64,000 nt of DNA from Candidatus Bathyarchaeota archaeon (GTDB taxonomy: Archaea > Thermoproteota > Bathyarchaeia > Bathyarchaeales > Bathycorpusculaceae): NCBI GenBank assembly GCA_963828195.1, contig CAWHDT010000003.1:1-64000 (forward strand), given 5' to 3'. A program made the translations under genes and the position numbers. Positions within the stretch are counted from its first letter, which is position 1. The number at the start of each line of letters is the position of its first letter. Under the pieces are notes generated by a model. That model saw nothing but the letters and a program-made list of their open reading frames with translations, was not told the DNA's origin and did not search any database. Below are positions 1 through 9,472 of this stretch, piece after piece.

Positions 1-1
1 A

Positions 2-2203
2 GCAAACAGCCCTTACACATTTACTGGTCCCGTTGCGGTGAATATCGGTGTAACCCTAACAATTCAACCTGGCGTCACCGTAAATATGAGTAGCTACTAT
101 TTGATGGTGAATGGAACCTTGAACGCCCAAGGCAGCAACACAGATAATATAAACTTCGTATCCACTCCCCCAGGTGGAATGAATTCTCAAATCCTATTCA
201 CAAGTTCAAGCACCAATTGGGATCAACAAACAAGCTCCGGCTGCATAATTATGAATGCATTTCTCAATGGAACAAGCGTCGAAATTGTCTATACATCCCC
301 TGAGATTAGCAATAACACTTTTGTTAATTGGGCTGGAATATACGCTGGGGGTTCACCGGTAATTTCGGATAACACCATAATCGGCATTATTAACGACGAA
401 GTTGTAGGAATTCAATTAAATTCTGGGAACAACGCGTTAGTTACTGGCAATACAATCTATAATTGTGGAATAGCTGTATCCTTAATTGGTGGCAATGCGA
501 CAATTGAAAATAATTTAATAACAAATAACCTGGGATTAAATCAAGGATATACTGGTTATGGCATCGATATCGATAATGGGAATAATTACGTGTCCTCTTT
601 AATTCTAAATAATACTATTACGAATAATCGTTTCGGAATCGTTGCAATTGGGTTTCCAACAACGATTATTAACAACAATATTTTTGGAAATAGTCAATAC
701 AATATTGAATGTGGCTCAGGTAATCTTAATGCCACTTATAATTGGTGGGGAACAACTGACCAACAATCAATTAACCAGACAATTTATGATTATTATGATG
801 ATTTTAATTTGGGCATAGTCAGTTATAGCCCGTTCTTGATCGCTCCTAATACCGAAGCCCCAACCTACATTAATGCCACTGCTGGTGCTGGCGGTTCCAT
901 TAGTCCTAGTGGAATTGCGAGCCTTAATTATGGCGGCAGTCAAGGCTTCACTATAACACCAAACGCTGGTTATGCCATCCTTGATGTGACGGTTAACGGA
1001 ACTTCTGTAAGTGCCGTTAGCTCCTATACAGTTCAGAACATTCAAGGAGCAACTACAATCTCAGCAACCTTTGCACCCATACCCATTTCAACACAAACCT
1101 ATCTTAATGTCGCGCCTAACCCCACAGGCGTTGGCCAGACAATAACCATGAGTTTTGGGCTTAACCAACTGCCACCATCCGGCAGCGAATGGAGTAGCAT
1201 AACTATTAAAGTGATCCTTCCAGATGGGTCTAATCAAATTTTAGGGCCATTCATGACAAACGCGGTTGGGGAAGCATCAGCTCTGTATACACCTACTGAA
1301 GTTGGCACTTACTCTCTTCAAGCATCCTTTCCAGGCCAAACAATAGCAGGCATACCATATGAACCCTCGAATAGTAATGCGGTTACACTTACAGTGCAAC
1401 AAGAACCTGTATCAAGCCCTTACCCATCGCCTGCTCCCTCGACAATACCTACACCAACCCCCTCTCCGACATCAGCACCAAAACTGCTATCACCGGACTT
1501 ATCCTTCTACTGCATAAGCTCCACCACGACTTCTGGATTTAACGTTCAAATTCAGGGTTCACTGGCATATAGCGGAGTAGGGTTACCCGGCGCTGGAATA
1601 CAGCTGTCTGACAGTGTCACTGGGGGAGCCACTTGGCAAGACTTTGCTTATGTTAACACAGATAGTAATGGGAGTTTCTCTGTTTCATGGAACCCTTCTG
1701 CGTCGGGCAACTACGCCATCCAAGCTGCATGGCCAGGAAATAGCCAATACTCAAGCGTAAACGCGCTATACAATTTTGCGATTGCACCTTCCAACAATCA
1801 AAACCAAAACGTTTTTTCTGTAACCTCAAACTCCACTATAACAAGCTTTACGTTTGACTCAACAACAAATCAGCTAAGCTTCGGCGTCTCTGGACCATCA
1901 GGAACAACAGGAGTAACCACTGTTTGCATTCCACAATCTCTTGTTTCGGATATTTCGAACCTAACCGTCACATTAGACGGCGGGACAATCACTTACACAT
2001 CGGCTTCGGTGAATAATGTTTGGCTAATAACGTTTGCGTATCATCACAGCAGTCACACCGTAGTTGTCGCACTTGGGTCACCAACATCCACGGTTCCGGA
2101 GTTTCCGACTTGGGCAATTCTGCCCCTTTTAGCCGGGGCAACACTGCTATCCACAGTATTTATCAGAAAAAGAATACCTGAAAAAAATAACCACATTTTA
2201 TGA
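2..2203 (+). CDS. Cell-surface protein with parallel beta-helix repeats, Ig-like modules and a VPEF (PEF-CTERM-like) anchor; 5'-truncated by the window edge
   Basis: Frame is open from base 2. N-rich beta-helix repeats (ISNNTI, IENNLI), ATYNWWGT motif, Pro/Thr linker, C-terminal VPEFP + hydrophobic helix + RKR. Confidence 0.8.
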   Translation, partial: ANSPYTFTGPVAVNIGVTLTIQPGVTVNMSSYYLMVNGTLNAQGSNTDNINFVSTPPGGMNSQILFTSSSTNWDQQTSSGCIIMNAFLNGTSVEIVYTSPEISNNTFVNWAGIYAGGSPVISDNTIIGIINDEVVGIQLNSGNNALVTGNTIYNCGIAVSLIGGNATIENNLITNNLGLNQGYTGYGIDIDNGNNYVSSLILNNTITNNRFGIVAIGFPTTIINNNIFGNSQYNIECGSGNLNATYNWWGTTDQQSINQTIYDYYDDFNLGIVSYSPFLIAPNTEAPTYINATAGAGGSISPSGIASLNYGGSQGFTITPNAGYAILDVTVNGTSVSAVSSYTVQNIQGATTISATFAPIPISTQTYLNVAPNPTGVGQTITMSFGLNQLPPSGSEWSSITIKVILPDGSNQILGPFMTNAVGEASALYTPTEVGTYSLQASFPGQTIAGIPYEPSNSNAVTLTVQQEPVSSPYPSPAPSTIPTPTPSPTSAPKLLSPDLSFYCISSTTTSGFNVQIQGSLAYSGVGLPGAGIQLSDSVTGGATWQDFAYVNTDSNGSFSVSWNPSASGNYAIQAAWPGNSQYSSVNALYNFAIAPSNNQNQNVFSVTSNSTITSFTFDSTTNQLSFGVSGPSGTTGVTTVCIPQSLVSDISNLTVTLDGGTITYTSASVNNVWLITFAYHHSSHTVVVALGSPTSTVPEFPTWAILPLLAGATLLSTVFIRKRIPEKNNHIL

Positions 2204-3013
2204 AGCATACTATGAACGTTTTTGATGAAATGGGCATTTACTGGGCAGAAATAGCAGACCAAAGCTCAACCCAAAATCAGATACAATTCATAAAAGACAC
2301 TCTGAAGGGAAATGGGTTGGTTCTGGACCTTGCCTGCGGAACTGGAAGGCACTCAATTCCCCTAATCAAGGAAGGATACGATATGGTGGGTTTGGACGTG
2401 TCGCTAAATCTTCTTAGGCTAGCTAAGAACCGATGGCGCAGTGTCCAACTGGTCAGGGTTGATATGCGGTGTTTGCCCTTTAAGGCTGGAGCTTTTTCAG
2501 CTTCGGTCAGCATGGATACGAGTTTGGGCCCCTTGCCCTCGGAACAAGACGACCTGCAAAGCCTGAGAGAACTGCAAGAAGCACTCAGCCAAGGCGGCAA
2601 CTTTATCGTTGATGTCTTCAACCGTGAACATTTAATGCCTGAGGTACAACACAAATCAGCGTAAAGAGGTTAAATGGGTCTTTTTACCGATTTTATTGAA
2701 GTTTAACAATCGTTTGGCAAAGCGGGTGCTTTTTCGGTTTTTCAAGTGGAGAGAATATCCGAGCTTTTTTCTGCTCCAAAAGCGAACGGTAACCGCAGGT
2801 GGCGATAGGCTGTGTGATTTGTGGGTGGTTTATGATAAGGCACAGGGGCAAATTAGAGTTTTTAGGCACATTTCCCGTTTGTATGAATTGAAGCGTTTGC
2901 AGGGGTTGTTGGAGAACGCTGGTTTTATGGTTAAGCGGGTCTATGGCGATTATGACGGGCAAAGTTTTAGCTCTAAGTCGCATAGGCTTATCTTGGTTGC
3001 TGCTGCAAAATGA
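2200..3013 (+). pseudogene. Class I SAM-dependent methyltransferase split by a 1-nt frameshift
   Basis: LDLACGTG motif in 2200..2664. Removing one C at ~2638 joins HLM to LRYNTNQRKEVKWVFLPILLKFN and on into ORF 2696..3013, which ends in a typical VYGDYDG..RLILVA methyltransferase tail. Confidence 0.7.
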
Positions 3014-3110
3014 GTTGCATTCAAGGATTTTTAGCCATGTTTACCGCATAAAAGTTATAAGCGTCCATCGAACCATCATTAAAGATATTAAAATTTAAAG
3101 TGACCGATGC

Positions 3111-4085
3111 ATGAACGCTTGGAAACTTCAACTTTCTATGGCTGCAACTTTAGCCATAATCTTCGGTTTATCTACGCTGGTAGTGACAGCTGTCCTGTTA
3201 TTTGCGGGGCTAGGCCTTTCCTTAGTAACCATAGGGATAATTGTAGTGGCTATGAACGTGGGTCAATGGCTTTTGGGACCATACCTGATTGGCGCAATAT
3301 ACAAAATTAGAGAACTTAAACAGGCTGAAAACCCAGGATTATACCAGACGGTCGAAAACCTGAGCAGGAAAAGCGGAATATCAACGCCAAAACTGATGCT
3401 GGCGCAGATTCCACTTCCAAACGCATTCGCTTACGGCTCACCTCTATCAGGCAGCCGCGTAGCCGTAACTTCTGGGCTTTTGCAGTCTCTTGATGCCGGT
3501 GAAGTTGAAGCCGTATTAGGGCACGAACTTGGCCACATAAAGCACCATGACGTGCAGGCTATGATGGTGGTTTCTTTCCTGCCTTCATTATTCATGTTCG
3601 TAGGCTACTCCTTTATGTTTTCAGGGCTTTTTGGAGGAGGAGGCGCCAAAAAAGGAGGAGGCAGCAACGCACTAATAGGCATAGCTTTTATGGCTTTCTC
3701 GTGGGTGCTGACGTTGTTCACTCTTCAACTAAGCAGGCTCCGCGAGTACTATGCAGACAGGCACAGCGCTTCAATAGTTGAGAATGGCGCAGAAAAACTG
3801 TCAACGGGCTTAGTAACGATAATTGAAGTAAGCAAAAGAAGCGGTGGCAGGCAAAATAGGCAACAACAAAAAAACACCAATTCATTTAAAGCCTTATTTA
3901 TCGCTGACCCAGACAGAATAAATGCTGATTCATCAGAGATACATGCAAACGGAATCGCAGATAAAAAAGACCTTCTGAACAAAACACTTGCACAGAAGCC
4001 GACACATAAGGATAACTTCGCTGAAATCTTCTCGACACACCCAAACATCATCAAACGTCTGCGTGCACTACAAGAATTAAGCTAA
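3111..4085 (+). CDS. htpX: HtpX (M48) membrane zinc metalloprotease
   Basis: PNAFAYG, HELGH, SRLREYYAD and FSTHP motifs; N-terminal transmembrane helices. Confidence 0.9.
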   Translation: MNAWKLQLSMAATLAIIFGLSTLVVTAVLLFAGLGLSLVTIGIIVVAMNVGQWLLGPYLIGAIYKIRELKQAENPGLYQTVENLSRKSGISTPKLMLAQIPLPNAFAYGSPLSGSRVAVTSGLLQSLDAGEVEAVLGHELGHIKHHDVQAMMVVSFLPSLFMFVGYSFMFSGLFGGGGAKKGGGSNALIGIAFMAFSWVLTLFTLQLSRLREYYADRHSASIVENGAEKLSTGLVTIIEVSKRSGGRQNRQQQKNTNSFKALFIADPDRINADSSEIHANGIADKKDLLNKTLAQKPTHKDNFAEIFSTHPNIIKRLRALQELS

Positions 4086-4095
4086 TCAAATTAAG

Positions 4096-4716
4096 TTAAA
4101 ACGTGTCTCCACCGTTTAAATAAGGATTAACCCTTTTTTCTTCCCCCACTATAGATGTGGCTCCATGCCCAGGATAAACTAGAAAATCGTTAGGCAAAAG
4201 CATAATTTTCTGTAACGAAATCCTCATATCATGGGCCGAGCCGCCCGGAAAATCTGTTCTGCCGATTCCGCCAGCAAACAAAGTGTCGCCTGTAAAAGCG
4301 AGTCGCTCGCCTATGAGGCAGATGCTGCCGGGAGTGTGCCCGGGCGAATGCATGACTTTTAACGATTCGTTGCCAAAACTGATTAAGCTTCCATCCTCCA
4401 AAAGGACGTTTGGAAATTTACTGTTCTCTAACTTTTTTAGAGATGCCGCATCATATTTGTGAATGCAAATGGGAACCTTGAATTTTTCTTGGAAAACAGC
4501 GTCGCCGCTTACGTGGTCGCTGTGCCCATGAGTGTTCACGATTAACTTTATCTTCAGTTCACTTTGAGCTATGTACTCCTGAATTTGTTTTGCTTCAAAG
4601 GAAAAGTCAAATCCAGGATCAATTATGATTGCGTCTTTCGTTTGCTGCGAGCTAGCAACATAGCTGTTTGTCGATAATCTGCCAACCGTAAACGTTTCAA
4701 TAAGCATACAAACCAA
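4096..4716 (-). CDS. Metallo-beta-lactamase-fold hydrolase (glyoxalase II-like)
   Basis: THGHSDH, PGHTPG, FTGDTLF..GRTD and YPGHG motifs. Confidence 0.88.
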   Translation of the reverse strand: MVCMLIETFTVGRLSTNSYVASSQQTKDAIIIDPGFDFSFEAKQIQEYIAQSELKIKLIVNTHGHSDHVSGDAVFQEKFKVPICIHKYDAASLKKLENSKFPNVLLEDGSLISFGNESLKVMHSPGHTPGSICLIGERLAFTGDTLFAGGIGRTDFPGGSAHDMRISLQKIMLLPNDFLVYPGHGATSIVGEEKRVNPYLNGGDTF

Positions 4717-4899
4717 TATTTACAATGCCAAGATGACGAAATAAAGCATTTGCCTGAAAACTAACCGATCAAGGCAAGTCGAGTGCAAAGCAAACATTGG
4801 TCAAAACTAAGAAGGCAAAAGCCAGGCTTCATCGGCGTTGCTGTTTGCATCTGGGTTTTTGCCAAAATGAAAATTTGATTGAACCCGCTTAAATTGGCT

Positions 4900-5142
4900 T
4901 TAAAGCCCTTGGAAGCCGGTTAGTATTATTGTGCTTCTGCATTTGCCACATGCGATGACTAGTTCTGCAAGCTCTCCATCGGCAACTTTGGTTTCTAAGA
5001 TTGTGTAGTTATCCTCTGTCTCATCTTCCGGTGAGATAGCCAATCCGCATTTGGGGCATTGGAAGGAGCCGTCGCCGTCCACAGAGACCAAATCTACTTT
5101 GTATTCTAAGTCATCTTTCTTTTGTGGCTTTTTCATCATCAT
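4900..5142 (-). CDS. Small zinc-ribbon hypothetical protein
   Basis: CPKC...CGKC pair; GGTG-type SD upstream. Confidence 0.65.
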   Translation of the reverse strand: MMMKKPQKKDDLEYKVDLVSVDGDGSFQCPKCGLAISPEDETEDNYTILETKVADGELAELVIACGKCRSTIILTGFQGL

Positions 5143-5286
5143 TCCTCTTCACCTGGTTTTTTAAATTTCAAATGACTGCTTTATTTAATTAACGGTTATG
5201 AATTACTAGTCACTAAGGACGATTCGTTTAAAAATTTGACGCAAAGAAAGGGTAAAAAGCAATTGGTGTTTTCCAATGTGGTTGCC

Positions 5287-7200
5287 TCAAGCAGTGTTTT
5301 CTTTTTCGAATTTTTCTGGAGAGATATAATCGCCGTATTTTTCTTTTGCTTTGATTAGGCGTTGGCGCTGCATGTATAATATGCCGAATAGCTCGAGTGG
5401 TGTGTCTGTTACGTTTTCCTGGTAGAACCGTGATACACGTTCAATTTTCGCGAGGTTTTCTGGAACGCGGATTGTAAATTGCTTGATGTAGTCTTCTTTA
5501 CTGTAGTTTTTGTCTAGCACCTGCTTGAATAGCCTGCGTAAATCCTCATATTTTGGAATGTACCCGGTTGGAGACTCTAAAGCGTCAACTTCACTATGGA
5601 CTCTTAGCTCCATCCATTTAATCCAAACATGCTTGTCTTGCACACCGTTTACGTATTTGCCGTTGCCTACTTCCTTTAGGAAATAGTTCACTCCGAAGAT
5701 GGCTGGTTGCTTTTTGAGTTTTCGCCCGAAATCCAAGTTGTTATGAACGTTTTTGCCAAGCGGAATTGAGATGAAGTCTTGGATGCTCATCATGTTAATT
5801 TCAGGAACTCCTTCTTTGCCGACTGTGGCGAAGGTAGTTTCAGTTTCAAGCGAAGCCCCGTAAGCGATGATGCCGTGTTCCCAGCTAAAGCTCTGCTGAA
5901 CAGGCACGTAAGCTTTAGCATCGCGTCCTCCATACATTATGCCGCCTAACACGACGCCCATCGGATTGTGCAGTTCAGGATCACAGTTTTCCAATGCTTT
6001 AAGCGCTAACGTGTAGCGGGCATTCTTGTTGGCAGGCGGAATTTCGCAGCCGTTCTCGTCTTTTTTGCCTTCATACCATGCGCCAGTATAGTTGCAGCCT
6101 TCTTTGGGAAGGTCTTGTCCCATTCCAAGCCAGTAGGGTTTGCCATCCTTAACAAGCACGTTAGAGAAGATGATTTCGGTTGAACTCGTAAGCAATTTGT
6201 AAATTAACGCATCGTCCTTGAGGTTAACGTCTTGTATAATGCCGAATATGCCTGATTCAACGTTAACAGCGCGGGCATCGTCGTCGATTGTGCGGATGTA
6301 AGCTATGTCGTCTCCAAGAATGGTTTCTCCTGGAAGCATAGCCGTTGATGTTTTTCCGCAAGCGCTTGGAAATGCGCCGGCAAAATAAGTTTTGCGTCCA
6401 CCGGGACCATACACACCCATGAGAAGCATGTGCTCTGCCAGCCACCCCTCGCTGCTTGCTTTTCGGATAGCTAAGCGGAAGGCAAGTTTCTTGAAGCCGA
6501 CGGAGTTTCCAGCGTACTGCGTATTGACGCTGTAGATGGTGTTGTCCATTTGGTCTATGTAAATGCATTTTTTATTGTAATCTACGCTTACCATGTCCCC
6601 GTCGAGCTTTCCAGCTGAATGCAGAACTCGTAGAAAATCACTTTTCGGGCCTGCCTTTACAAATTGTTCGTATCCGGGGCGGTAAAGCAGGTTTTCTGAA
6701 TGTGCAACGTACCATGAGTCTGTGCATTGGAGACCCAAAATAGTAAAAATGGAGTCTAGGGGTCCCAACGAGACGAAGCGGACAATCATGGTTTTTCCCT
6801 GCATAGAATCCCTAAGTACACCTCTGACCTCTGCTAAACCTTCTTGGCGGTCCATTTGGTTGAGGGCTTTGCTAAGAGTAACTCCTTTGGGAACAAGGTA
6901 CTTAGTGGCTTGGCGATCTCGTCCCTGGTCGAATTCGCCGTCGAAATGGACAGTGTGTCCTTGAAGAGTCAAAATAGCTTGTTCTTCCCCTGAGGCGATT
7001 GCTTGTTTACGAATGTGCGCGATGTCCTCGGCGGAGTCGCTGCAGATGAATATTTCTTTAGGTTGACAAAGGTCATTTTCTTTCGCTATAAACTCGTGGA
7101 CGATGGGGTTATCGATGGCGCTTAATTTTTTAAAGTCAGACGCGCTGAGTTTGGGCTGTAAAGCCTCAAGGTATGGATTCATTATAGCCATGTTTTTCAC
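5287..7200 (-). CDS. pckG: Phosphoenolpyruvate carboxykinase (GTP)
   Basis: WLAEHM, AFPSACGKTSTAM, GDDIAY and YGGRD motifs. Confidence 0.93.
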   Translation of the reverse strand: MKNMAIMNPYLEALQPKLSASDFKKLSAIDNPIVHEFIAKENDLCQPKEIFICSDSAEDIAHIRKQAIASGEEQAILTLQGHTVHFDGEFDQGRDRQATKYLVPKGVTLSKALNQMDRQEGLAEVRGVLRDSMQGKTMIVRFVSLGPLDSIFTILGLQCTDSWYVAHSENLLYRPGYEQFVKAGPKSDFLRVLHSAGKLDGDMVSVDYNKKCIYIDQMDNTIYSVNTQYAGNSVGFKKLAFRLAIRKASSEGWLAEHMLLMGVYGPGGRKTYFAGAFPSACGKTSTAMLPGETILGDDIAYIRTIDDDARAVNVESGIFGIIQDVNLKDDALIYKLLTSSTEIIFSNVLVKDGKPYWLGMGQDLPKEGCNYTGAWYEGKKDENGCEIPPANKNARYTLALKALENCDPELHNPMGVVLGGIMYGGRDAKAYVPVQQSFSWEHGIIAYGASLETETTFATVGKEGVPEINMMSIQDFISIPLGKNVHNNLDFGRKLKKQPAIFGVNYFLKEVGNGKYVNGVQDKHVWIKWMELRVHSEVDALESPTGYIPKYEDLRRLFKQVLDKNYSKEDYIKQFTIRVPENLAKIERVSRFYQENVTDTPLELFGILYMQRQRLIKAKEKYGDYISPEKFEKENTA

Positions 7201-7324
7201 TTCTTTGTTAAATATTTAGTCGCTTTCCTTTCAGTCTGTTGCCTAGGTAAATGATAAATGTTTTGCAGTAAAAAGAAAAATAGTGTGGATTGTATTGATT
7301 CTCATTGTGTTTCTTTACATAGAT

Positions 7325-8302
7325 TTAGAGTTCGTTTACAGTTCCAGGCACTCTTGGAAACGGTTGACATTCACCGATATGTTTGACGCCTGCAATCCAT
7401 CCTACTAAACGTTCCATGCCTATGCCCCCGCCAGCGGTCGGTTTCAATCGACCTTCTTTAGCCATCGTCAATATCAACGCGTAGTTTTCTTTCTTGACTT
7501 GGTCGCGCTCGATTTTCTTCGAGATCTTTGAGTATTCCCATTCACGTTTGGCGCCTGACAGCACTTCGCCGAACTGCGGCAAAAACAAGTCATAGTTGTC
7601 CCATTTGCCTGTTTTGAAGTCTTCATAATCATAGAATTCCCGTGGAATGTTCATCACCCAGACCGGTTCAGTTATGTCTTTGGCTAATCCTGCTTCCCAA
7701 CCCTCAGCGCCGTATTTCGCTTCAAGCTCAGCGCGGTCATAAACTTTGAACGGGGTCTTTGGGGTTTTAAGGGTGTCACAGCGGCAGAGCGTGGTTAAGT
7801 CGCTTTTCATGTCATGCTTCAAATCTTTAACTAACGTGCAAATCGCGTCTTCAACTAAACTCATTATGTCTTTTGAGGTGGCGTCTCTGGCTTCGAAATC
7901 AAGTTGTGTGAATTCATAGGTGTGTTTGCCTGTTTTAGCCCTCTCTGCCTTCTCGATGCGTATGTTGGGTGAAAGGATGAATAGCTTGGGGTATGCGGTT
8001 GATGATGCAACGAGTTTATGGATGATCATGCTTGCTGTTGTGCGTACGGGTTTGCCGTAGATGTCTACTTCGATTCTTTTTTCGATGGATGCGCCTGGGT
8101 CTGGCCAGAGCGGGTCGGTGCTTTGGCTTAGGGCTACTGGGAGCAGCCACTGGTAGCCTTGGTTTACGAATGTGGTTGTGAGGCTTTTTAGCGTGTAAGT
8201 CATTATTTTTCCTATGCAGGCTTTTCTTTCTAATTCGGCTGCTGAAAGCTGGTCTAGTGGTTTTGGTATTTCTATTTGTGCGGTTTCTTGTTTGTCTTTC
8301 AA
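7325..8302 (-). CDS. asnA: Archaeal asparagine synthetase A (AsnRS-like catalytic domain without anticodon-binding domain)
   Basis: TDPLWPDP, SPNIRIE, H.YEFTQLDFE, EVLSGAKRE and GGGIGMERL motifs. Probable TTG start at 8302; the ORF track extends to 8374. Confidence 0.85.
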   Translation of the reverse strand: MKDKQETAQIEIPKPLDQLSAAELERKACIGKIMTYTLKSLTTTFVNQGYQWLLPVALSQSTDPLWPDPGASIEKRIEVDIYGKPVRTTASMIIHKLVASSTAYPKLFILSPNIRIEKAERAKTGKHTYEFTQLDFEARDATSKDIMSLVEDAICTLVKDLKHDMKSDLTTLCRCDTLKTPKTPFKVYDRAELEAKYGAEGWEAGLAKDITEPVWVMNIPREFYDYEDFKTGKWDNYDLFLPQFGEVLSGAKREWEYSKISKKIERDQVKKENYALILTMAKEGRLKPTAGGGIGMERLVGWIAGVKHIGECQPFPRVPGTVNEL

Positions 8303-8413
8303 GTTAATCACTTCAGTTAGCTTATGGCTATTACACTGTGCAGCGCAGATAATAAATTTTTTATAATAAAACATGGGTAAATTACAAAAAACACAAGCTT
8401 TTAATGCATAAAC

Positions 8414-8428
8414 ATGTAATAATTACAT
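8414..8428. promoter_or_regulatory. Perfect palindrome ATGTAAT-A-ATTACAT, candidate Lrp/AsnC operator
   Basis: 7-1-7 inverted repeat abutting the Lrp start codon in the divergent asnA/lrp spacer. Confidence 0.5.
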
Positions 8429-8944
8429 ATGAGCATTAAACTCGATGAAAAAGACTCAGCCATCTTAGCTTTAATCCAGGAAAACAGCAAACTAACAGCC
8501 AAACAAATAGCAAAAAAAATCAATTCCCCAATAACCACAGTTTTCGCAAAAACAAAACGCATGGAAGAACAAGGCATAATAAAACAGTACAGAGCAATTT
8601 TAGCCCCCGAAAAACTCAATTTAGGCACCGCAGCCTTCATTTTAGCCTCCGTCTCATACAGGTCAAAAACCGATGACACACCCGTTTCCCAACGAGTTGT
8701 GGCAGAGGAGATCGCGCGGTTCCCTGAAGTTCAAGAAGTGCATATAATAACGGGGGACTGGGATTTGCTTGTGAAGCTTCGCGCTGAAAACGTTGATGCA
8801 GTCGGCAAGTTCGTGGTGGATAAGCTGCGGCTGATCAAGGGTTTAGAGAAGACGCTTACATGCATGATTTTTGAAACCGTTAAAGAAACTACCAGCATCC
8901 AGCAGTCGTTTAGGCGAAGCGACAATAAGTTGCTTAAGCCATAG
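8429..8944 (+). CDS. Lrp/AsnC family transcriptional regulator
   Basis: LDEKDSAILALIQENS HTH; EVHIITGDWDLLVK RAM domain. Confidence 0.92.
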   Translation: MSIKLDEKDSAILALIQENSKLTAKQIAKKINSPITTVFAKTKRMEEQGIIKQYRAILAPEKLNLGTAAFILASVSYRSKTDDTPVSQRVVAEEIARFPEVQEVHIITGDWDLLVKLRAENVDAVGKFVVDKLRLIKGLEKTLTCMIFETVKETTSIQQSFRRSDNKLLKP

Positions 8945-9404
8945 TTTCCGAGGAGCTCGAATAGTACAGAAGCGGCAGCGAAAGCAGCACAGTGTTTTTT
9001 CCCTTCGAAGTCAACGAGTACTCCACGCGCAAAGGCGGGCCGGCAGAAACTTTTCTCGTTATGTACCCGTGCATCTGCAGCATCTTTAGCTTATCGGAAA
9101 GCGTGCGGGAATTAACGGTTAAGATTTTTTTTATGCCGCCGAACCCGAGGGCGTTTTTGAGCAGCAGTGTGTAGAGTATTTCGAGGCTCCATTTCTGGAA
9201 TAGAAGGTTAAAGGTTTCCTGTAAACTGTCCAGTTCTTCTTTAAGTTCGGTGGGAGTTATCTTTTGGGTTTCTATTATTTGGTTGAATGTTGCCTCTACG
9301 CCCTTTAGAACCTGATCCATGCGGGACTCCACGATTTTTCTGAATTCGGCGCTTAAGGTTAAGGGCGCGCTCATTTGGGTTACACTCGGTGTGGTTTGGC
9401 TCAC
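8934..9404 (-). CDS. HxlR-family winged-helix regulator
   Basis: KWSLEIL, RTLSDKLK and PLRVEYSLTSKG motifs. Confidence 0.85.
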   Translation of the reverse strand: MSQTTPSVTQMSAPLTLSAEFRKIVESRMDQVLKGVEATFNQIIETQKITPTELKEELDSLQETFNLLFQKWSLEILYTLLLKNALGFGGIKKILTVNSRTLSDKLKMLQMHGYITRKVSAGPPLRVEYSLTSKGKNTVLLSLPLLYYSSSSETMA

Positions 9405-9472
9405 TTCACCATTTATAAGGGTTTACTAATACAACAAGGTATACAAATTACATCAAGATTGGAGGTTAAAAC

